Of a DNA stretch of 61,620 bases, positions 57,080 through 61,620 are shown piece by piece. The translations under genes were made by a program, and so were the position numbers. The notes beneath the pieces are model-generated. The model saw nothing but the letters and a program-made list of their open reading frames with translations, did not search any database and was not told where the DNA came from. Source of the stretch: Minisyncoccota bacterium (GTDB lineage: Bacteria > Patescibacteriota > Microgenomatia > UBA1400 > PJMF01); assembly GCA_003173865.1 (NCBI GenBank), contig PJMF01000009.1, positions 1-61,620 on the forward strand. Direction: 5' to 3'. Position 1 is the first letter of the stretch. Every line of letters starts with the position of its first letter.

Positions 57080-58501
57080 GTGTATTTTATGCATCATATG
57101 ACAAGCATGACAAATCAATCGTTTGGGCAATCTATTATTGCGCTCCGCAAAAAACAGAAGTTAACGCAAGAAAATCTAGCGAAGAGAATTGGTGTGCATC
57201 GCAGTTTTATTTCTGGAATTGAAAAAGGTGAGCGCAACATTACGCTCGCCACGATTGTGAAGTTAGCAAAGGCGTTTGAAGTCGAGCCGGTAGAGTTGTT
57301 TACCTCATCAATGATTGAGTTGTCCACGCAGGTTGCTGAAACAGTGGTTCCTCAACCAGTCACTTTTCTGAAAATTGGTGGTACCTGGGACATGATTGCG
57401 ACGCCACAAGGATTTAAAGGGAGTGGAAAACTTGATGATACAGCAGTTGAAGAACTCGAAAAAAGCGTTGATCATAATGAGTTCGAGTTAATGAAAATTC
57501 TCGAGAAAAAATGGTCAGAAGTGCAACCAATACAAGAAGGATTAGGTGCACATTTATTTTGGGCAAAAGGCATTCAAAAAATAATTTCGGGTCCTTTTTT
57601 CCCATTGTTCAGTGGTGATAGTTCACATTTGAGAGCAGCATATATGGCGCCACTTTTGGCATACATTTTAAAAACATTTCAGGATGCACCAACCAGACCA
57701 ATCATTGCGGGATTTGGAACAGATACAACTGATATCTTTCTTGGTTTGCTCGATCCACTTCTTTTTGGGAGTGGGTATGCACCTTTCCTACTGACGGGAG
57801 CAAATCGTAGTTACCGTGAAGCGCATTCCGACGCTCCTCAAAATTTCTCAGATGCGGCGCAGGCTGCTCGTATGCACCTTCCTGCAGGAGCGTACTATAT
57901 CTTTAATAACTTTATCTATCGCGGTAGCGACATGGTAAAAATTGATCCACATGAAGATCCTCAATCTCTTGAGGGCATGGTGACTTTTTTTTCACCACAT
58001 CGTACACAAAAAAATCTTAAAAATGACACTCTTAAGTCAATGGCGAAAGCTCAAATAGAAAGTTCTTCTTGGAGTGCTTCACAAATCAACACTGCGCTTC
58101 AACAGATAGTAACACTCGATTTAGGTCACGCGAACCCAATTGAGCTTGAAGTGAAAAAACTGGAAGATCCAAGTTTCAAAGCAGTAATTATTGCGGCGCA
58201 CGCATTAGGAAATGCATCGTTACCCATTCGACGAGCTGTGCTCAAAGCTGTCCGAGAAAACAAATTAGTCATGGTCGTGAGTCGTTGCTTAATTGGTGAG
58301 ACGAGTGATCGCTACTCCGCCTCGCTCACGAGTGTAAACACACGGGAACTTGTTGATGAAAAAGTGCTTCTGATCAATGGAAAAAAGCTTGGTGTCTTTG
58401 CAGCCCGAGGGATATTACTACGGGCGCTTTTAGAAGAAAAAAATCAAGCGCAAACACAAGAATTTGTGGACAAATACTCAGTTGCACTTGGATTTACGTA
58501 G
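57080..58501 (+). CDS. XRE-family HTH fused to an L-asparaginase-like domain (start uncertain, 57080-57107)
   Basis: LRKKQKLTQENLA..IGVHRSFISGIEKGERNITL; IGGTWDM, GTDT, LTGAN, MVKID, LGNAS, VVSRC. Confidence 0.8.
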   Translation: MYFMHHMTSMTNQSFGQSIIALRKKQKLTQENLAKRIGVHRSFISGIEKGERNITLATIVKLAKAFEVEPVELFTSSMIELSTQVAETVVPQPVTFLKIGGTWDMIATPQGFKGSGKLDDTAVEELEKSVDHNEFELMKILEKKWSEVQPIQEGLGAHLFWAKGIQKIISGPFFPLFSGDSSHLRAAYMAPLLAYILKTFQDAPTRPIIAGFGTDTTDIFLGLLDPLLFGSGYAPFLLTGANRSYREAHSDAPQNFSDAAQAARMHLPAGAYYIFNNFIYRGSDMVKIDPHEDPQSLEGMVTFFSPHRTQKNLKNDTLKSMAKAQIESSSWSASQINTALQQIVTLDLGHANPIELEVKKLEDPSFKAVIIAAHALGNASLPIRRAVLKAVRENKLVMVVSRCLIGETSDRYSASLTSVNTRELVDEKVLLINGKKLGVFAARGILLRALLEEKNQAQTQEFVDKYSVALGFT

Positions 58502-59980
58502 TTATTGAAGTAATCTTTTTTCGAGTCGTAATTGTCCAAATGTTTTTTCTTCAACTAAAGTTGATTTCCCTAAATCTTCGGTCCACTTCTTTTGCCAATA
58601 TGGTTCAACTTGTTTTTCAATGACAACGTAGACAAGTTTTGAACCATCGTCAGTAGAGTTTGGAAAAAAATAGCTCTGTAAATACTGCCATCCTTCAGGA
58701 TGAAGGTAAGGAATTGTCAAAGGGGTCAGACGGTAAATTTGGCCCGCGGCATCTTGGTGCACGTACTTTAAAAGTGCAGTTTGATCAGCATAATTCATTC
58801 CTTCTTGAACGGTGATAAAAAAAGTATCTTGATTTGTACGCAACTTATGAAAACTTTGCGATACTCCGAGGATGAGTATCAATGCTTGAACTACGAGCAA
58901 GCACTTGCCCCAATTTTTTTGCCAGAGTGCTTTCCAACCTAAAACGGCAAGTAAAATCATCGGAATGCCAACGCCTAAATACAATTGATCTAAATCAATT
59001 TGTTGAGGAAAGTGAAGTAGTGGTAAGGTCATGAAAATCAAAATCACGAGAAAGAAAATTTCAAATGCGCGCAGTTTTTTTTGTTCAAGAATGAGGAATA
59101 AACCACTACAAATAATGACAAGTGTAATCAAAAGCGCGTCTTGTGAACTTGGCAAAGAAAGGCTCCTTTGAAACACTCGCTGATACTGTTGAGAGTATGC
59201 AAAAAGTGTGGAGTTGAAGCTTGGCTTTTGTTGATCATTGAGAGCTTGGGTAGATAGTAAAGCTGTTTGAATCAATGTATTTTGATTCCGAAAATTAAAA
59301 ATAATGTGTGGCAAAAAGATCAGCATGAGAAAGAAACAACTGAGGAGGCAGGTTTTGATTTTGGGAAAAGAGACCACGCGCGTGATCCATAAAAGCAAAA
59401 AACTCCAACTCAAAAAGAGGACAAGGATGATCTCGAACTGCGCCGCGAACGCGGCGCAGACAACTGCAAAAATGAAGAAGCGTTGTTTTTTTTCAGTTTG
59501 AAATAACCATAAAAAATAAAAAGAAAGCGCAAGAATTGGAATTGCAGGTGCTACATTTGATAACCATCGCGAAAAAATAATAAATTTATAACTTACACAA
59601 AATAAGATCGCGGTGACAATTGCCCAAGAGATAGAGTGAAACATTTTTTTAGCAAAAAAATAGGCAATGATCGGAAGAGTACTGCTGATCAGAATGAGCA
59701 CAAAACTTGCCGCCAACGGATTTCCATTGCTGAAAAAATATGGAATTATCAACAAATAATAATAATATGCGCCATGATAAATTCCTTCTAAATCTGTTTT
59801 TGGCCCAACTAACTTGAATTGATAATTTTTACAAATATCAAGAATAATCTGAGCATCACGCCCTTGTTCATATCCAAAAAAAAGATTTTGCGGCAGTTTG
59901 TAAAAACGAATGATAACGCTTACTAAAAAAACACCGAGTAAAAATAAGCATTCCAGTTGATAGGAATTTTTTTTCAACAT
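58502..59980 (-). CDS. GT-C fold (ArnT/PMT-like) glycosyltransferase
   Basis: IRFYKL..FGYEQGRDA, LVGP, HGAYYYY; about 11 TM. Confidence 0.85.
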   Translation of the reverse strand: MLKKNSYQLECLFLLGVFLVSVIIRFYKLPQNLFFGYEQGRDAQIILDICKNYQFKLVGPKTDLEGIYHGAYYYYLLIIPYFFSNGNPLAASFVLILISSTLPIIAYFFAKKMFHSISWAIVTAILFCVSYKFIIFSRWLSNVAPAIPILALSFYFLWLFQTEKKQRFFIFAVVCAAFAAQFEIILVLFLSWSFLLLWITRVVSFPKIKTCLLSCFFLMLIFLPHIIFNFRNQNTLIQTALLSTQALNDQQKPSFNSTLFAYSQQYQRVFQRSLSLPSSQDALLITLVIICSGLFLILEQKKLRAFEIFFLVILIFMTLPLLHFPQQIDLDQLYLGVGIPMILLAVLGWKALWQKNWGKCLLVVQALILILGVSQSFHKLRTNQDTFFITVQEGMNYADQTALLKYVHQDAAGQIYRLTPLTIPYLHPEGWQYLQSYFFPNSTDDGSKLVYVVIEKQVEPYWQKKWTEDLGKSTLVEEKTFGQLRLEKRLLQ

Positions 59981-59995
59981 AATAGAGGCAATCCT

Positions 59996-61525
59996 CTAGG
60001 ATTTTTTCCAAGTTTCTAAAGTAAGAACACCAATTTTTTCTTGGCGCACAAGAGTACCACCTTTAGTCGCTTCGGTATACCACGGATCAAAAAAGATTTT
60101 TGGTACCGTGTCACGTGATTCGATGATGATGTACCAAATTTTATCAGTGGGGGAGCTCACGGTGCGTGGAGCAGTTACATGCCTTTGCTGAGCAATCCAC
60201 TGATATAAGTAATCATATTGTTCGGTGTAAATATTAGCAGTGTATGTTCTGATTGTGGCTTGGCTCACGTTATCTTCTTGTTGCCAGTCGTAGACTTTAT
60301 TGATTGCTGCTTCCATTTTAGCCAAACCAGCATTGTTTTCTGGATTCAAAATTGTTCCTTGCCAGTGATGGAAGGCAGCCAAGCAGAAATAAACGATTAC
60401 TAAACAACTCGCTGCATAAGCGAGATATCGCGTTTTTGATTTTCGTTTGGTAAGTAAGACAACTTGTTGAATCCCAAAAACAACCATTGGTACCAAAAAA
60501 ACAAAGTGCGCAGTGACATAGTACGAGAAAAAATACCCATGATTTCCCCGCCAGAGCATAAAAAATGGATACGGAATAATAGCAAAGAGAGCAGTGAGTT
60601 TCCACAAAAACATATTGCTATCTTTTTCTCTATCGGTTTTTAAAAATCCAAAAAATGCCATCAACATCAGACAAAGAATCGTCAGCGTCGAAATGCTCGA
60701 TGCCGATCCTGGACCAAATAGTAATTCACTCGTAACGTCCGCTAGTTGATGAGGTCGCTGATCAAAGAGCTGAGACCAAGGAATTGATTGCGACGTATCA
60801 CCTAGAGAGTGAAGCAGCGAAGTGGTCATAATGAAGTGATTTCGCAGATCGAAGACAAACTGGGGCACAAGCGTAATGGCAACCACTGCTGCAGCCACGG
60901 AAAAATCTTGCCATGCAAAATGTTTGCGAATCCATGGAATACAGGCAAACAGTACTGGCAAGAAAAAGATGGCGTAGGCAAACTCACTTTGGAGGGTAAG
61001 TGCCAACAGGAAAAATCCCGTAGCGAACCACTTTAAAGAGTCTCGCCCTTTCCAAATGCAAAGGAGTGCACCAGTCATGAGTGGGACGGACATCAAGGGA
61101 TTCCAGACAAAAGTACTCGCTGTAATACTTCCAGGCACTATTGCCAATAAGATTGCACATAAGAAGGCATACCATTTATTTGCGAATAGTTGGTGAGCCA
61201 GATACCAAAACATGGGGAGGGCGAGGCTGGAGATTGATATGAGCCATAGCGAAGTCACATACGGATTTCCGCCCCCAACCAAAAAGCCTGGTAAACACAC
61301 ATAGAACCACAGCGGGCCCAGGAATAAGCCGCCAAGACCAGTAGTTGGGCCAACCAATACTAAATGGCCATGCGCAATTTTTTGCAAGACTAACGCATCC
61401 CTGCCTTGATCATAAATAAAGTAGAGCGAACGCTGAAAGTTATAAAAACGAACAAAAAGTGAGAAAAAGAGATATGCCCAAAAAAGTGGTTGACGGAAGA
61501 GAGAAGGCAGTCGATATGCTGTCAT
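59996..61525 (-). CDS. GT-C fold (ArnT/PMT-like) glycosyltransferase, paralog
   Basis: VRFYNF..FIYDQGRDA, LVGPTTG, GPLWFY, WNP. Confidence 0.85.
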   Translation of the reverse strand: MTAYRLPSLFRQPLFWAYLFFSLFVRFYNFQRSLYFIYDQGRDALVLQKIAHGHLVLVGPTTGLGGLFLGPLWFYVCLPGFLVGGGNPYVTSLWLISISSLALPMFWYLAHQLFANKWYAFLCAILLAIVPGSITASTFVWNPLMSVPLMTGALLCIWKGRDSLKWFATGFFLLALTLQSEFAYAIFFLPVLFACIPWIRKHFAWQDFSVAAAVVAITLVPQFVFDLRNHFIMTTSLLHSLGDTSQSIPWSQLFDQRPHQLADVTSELLFGPGSASSISTLTILCLMLMAFFGFLKTDREKDSNMFLWKLTALFAIIPYPFFMLWRGNHGYFFSYYVTAHFVFLVPMVVFGIQQVVLLTKRKSKTRYLAYAASCLVIVYFCLAAFHHWQGTILNPENNAGLAKMEAAINKVYDWQQEDNVSQATIRTYTANIYTEQYDYLYQWIAQQRHVTAPRTVSSPTDKIWYIIIESRDTVPKIFFDPWYTEATKGGTLVRQEKIGVLTLETWKKS

Positions 61526-61547
61526 AGGGGCTCGGTGAAGACCTGAG

Positions 61548-61620
61548 TGTCAAGGGGGAGACTCGAACTCCCAACCTCCACGTTATGAGTGTGGCGCTCT
61601 AACCGGTTGAGCTACCCTGA
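61548..61620 (-). tRNA. tRNA with CAU anticodon, probably elongator tRNA-Met (first base falls outside the window)
   Basis: TCAGGG-TAGCTCAACCGGTTAGAGC-G-CCACA-CT(CAT)AA-CGTGG-AGGTT-GGGAG-TTCGAGT-CTCCC-CCTTGAC-A; lacks the three initiator G-C anticodon pairs. Confidence 0.88.

Noticed and set aside
61548-61620. CAU tRNA as initiator Met or Ile2
   Set aside because: It lacks the three G-C anticodon-stem pairs of initiators, and a UAU Ile tRNA is present. Elongator Met is more likely, though Ile2 is not formally excluded.

Overview
Chromosomal segment of a small-genome bacterium using genetic code 11 (TGA is used as a stop). Gene content points to Patescibacteria/CPR, probably Microgenomates; this is inferred from the ATP-dependent ligase, TraD/VirB4-like membrane ATPase, Cys-rich surface proteins and many short membrane ORFs. 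Housekeeping genes: recF, nnrD, lig, pth, lgt, murJ, rpsT, lepA, smpB, two unrelated cytidylate kinases, two class A PBPs flanking a GH18, nrdR-nrdJ, tsaD, a tsaC-tsaE fusion, yidC and groES/groEL. Accessory content: two toxin-antitoxin pairs, a Fic protein, a stand-alone RnlA-like HEPN protein, a complete IS256-family element and a LAGLIDADG intein in nrdJ. Two tRNAs are present, including a rare tRNA-Ile(UAU). The most unusual signals are: (1) a ~90-nt structured repeat found three times just after stop codons (HEPN gene, nrdJ, groEL), with a conserved core inside outer stems that differ in sequence but still pair; (2) a pilN-pilO-led surface-protein locus with a shared 6-Cys module, a QExRQQA post-TM motif and LPxxG-type tails; (3) an apparent -1 frameshift needed to build the full IS transposase; (4) widespread leaderless-type promoter geometry; (5) TsaC-TsaE and XRE-asparaginase fusions. 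All family calls come from motif recognition by eye; no database searches were run.
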